NCBI GenBank assembly: GCA_964400815.1
Contig: CAYNWJ010000002.1
Location: forward strand, 1-43,259
Direction: 5' to 3'
From: an uncultured bacterium
GTDB lineage: Bacteria; Latescibacterota; Latescibacteria; Latescibacterales; Latescibacteraceae
Length of the DNA stretch: 43,259 bases
The notes beneath the pieces were generated by a model. It searched no databases. It was not told the DNA's origin and saw nothing but the letters and a program-made list of their open reading frames with translations. This document shows positions 42,518-43,259 of this stretch, in pieces. The position numbers and the translations under genes are program-made. Each line of letters opens with the position of its first letter. The stretch's first letter is position 1.

Positions 42518-43259
42518 TCAGGTCAGTTTCCATGGCTTGCGGTATTCATAGGTCAGGAGGTCGTTTGCGGACGGCAGGTTGGTGATGCGTTCGCGTCCGG
42601 CGTCCCACTCGATGCGGGTCCGCGTCTCGAGGGCGATGTTCGCCAGGTGCGCGAAGCTGGTCGACCGATGGCCCTCCTCGATGTCGCACCAGCAGCGTTC
42701 CCGTGACCTGACACAGTCGAGGAAATTACGGACCAGGTTCTTCGTGGGGTCCTCCCGAACATCCAGCCGGAAATCCCCGCCGCCGGTCAGATGTTCCCAC
42801 TCCTGGAACTGGCCGTTTCGCGCCGGCTCGATGGAATATCCGCGCTCCGAGGCGATGAGGGTCCCCTTCGTACCCCGGAGCTCGATCTCGCCGCCGGGAA
42901 CGCCCGCGCCGCCGCATGCCTCATAGATGCCGAAGATGACCACCGCGCCGGAGGGCATCTCGAAGGTGACCTCCATGGTGTCCGGAATGGTCCGGTCGTC
43001 CTCGAGCACGAATTGCCCACCGTGTGCGGTCACCGCCGACGGGGCCGTTTCGCCCATCAGCCAGCGGATGCTGTCCATGTAGTGCACACCCCAGTTGCCC
43101 ATCTGTGTGGAATAGGATTTCCACCACCGGAACTTGTAGGGATGAATGTTGGTCTGGAAGGGCCGCATCGCCCTCGGGCCGAGCCACATGTCCCAGTCGA
43201 AGGTCTCGGGAGGCTGCGTGTGCTCCCTGCGCCCGATGCCGTCGGGAAACATGTCGCTG
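42518..43259 (-). CDS. Gfo/Idh/MocA-family oxidoreductase, C-terminal domain only (N-terminus lies beyond the window end)
   Basis: The reading frame is open to the window edge. WDMWLGP...FRWWKSYSTQMGNWGVHYMDSIRW...TMEVTFEM is the typical C-terminal alpha/beta domain of large Gfo/Idh/MocA proteins. Confidence 0.7.
   Translation of the reverse strand, partial: SDMFPDGIGRREHTQPPETFDWDMWLGPRAMRPFQTNIHPYKFRWWKSYSTQMGNWGVHYMDSIRWLMGETAPSAVTAHGGQFVLEDDRTIPDTMEVTFEMPSGAVVIFGIYEACGGAGVPGGEIELRGTKGTLIASERGYSIEPARNGQFQEWEHLTGGGDFRLDVREDPTKNLVRNFLDCVRSRERCWCDIEEGHRSTSFAHLANIALETRTRIEWDAGRERITNLPSANDLLTYEYRKPWKLT

Noticed and set aside
39802-42706. 571-aa and 402-aa plus-strand ORFs (39802..41517, 41498..42706) opposite the enolase-superfamily and TIM-barrel genes
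   Set aside because: They are antisense shadow ORFs in about 65% GC DNA. They lack RBSs and motifs and span sense-strand gene boundaries.
1-43259. Search for CRISPR arrays, IS elements or transposases, integrases, prophage genes, toxin-antitoxin pairs and known defence systems
   Set aside because: By eye I saw no regularly spaced direct repeats, no terminal inverted repeats and no recombinase-, nuclease- or helicase-like ORFs. A computational repeat search was not possible and would be needed for certainty.

Overview
This is a gene-dense 43.3-kb bacterial fragment, probably from an uncultured organism. Most of it is GC-rich (sampled 60-nt lines about 60-65% GC), and GGAGG-type Shine-Dalgarno sites precede most starts. 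I support 33 CDSs. By eye I found no rRNA, tRNA, CRISPR array, transposase or integrase. The window falls into five blocks. (i) 1-8224, minus strand: a lower-GC envelope operon. It encodes a lectin-like secreted protein with a discoidin domain and a T9SS-type C-terminal domain, a PorV/PorQ-like beta-barrel, and two giant paralogous predicted outer-membrane proteins. The last paralog is missing from the supplied ORF track because it runs off the window start. (ii) 8883-16346: a polysaccharide-processing set (URO-D/MtaA-like protein, PIG-L deacetylase, secreted beta-helix protein, heparinase II/III-like lyase). (iii) 18.6-30.3 kb: an Arn-like polyprenyl-phosphate amino-sugar envelope-modification locus. 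It contains a GT2, an ATP-grasp enzyme, a PseH-like GNAT, a DegT aminotransferase, an extended SDR, a zinc-ribbon methyltransferase, two large GT-C-like membrane proteins and two MprF-flippase-domain (UPF0104) proteins. I consider this the best candidate for an undescribed system. (iv) 30.4-35.2 kb: a rubrerythrin-like protein, an atypical SDR, an overlapping SDR-folB-folK-folE pterin operon, and Bcp. (v) 35.2-43.3 kb, minus strand: an operon with three twin-arginine (Tat) signal enzymes (Gfo/Idh/MocA, enolase-superfamily, xylose-isomerase-like TIM barrel), an FAD flavoprotein, and an NRAMP-fold transporter lacking the canonical metal-binding motif. Taxonomy is unresolved, because T9SS-like features (FCB-type) coexist with Tat-Gfo/TIM-barrel pairs typical of PVC-like genomes. 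All family calls rest on motif recognition by eye; no database search was run.
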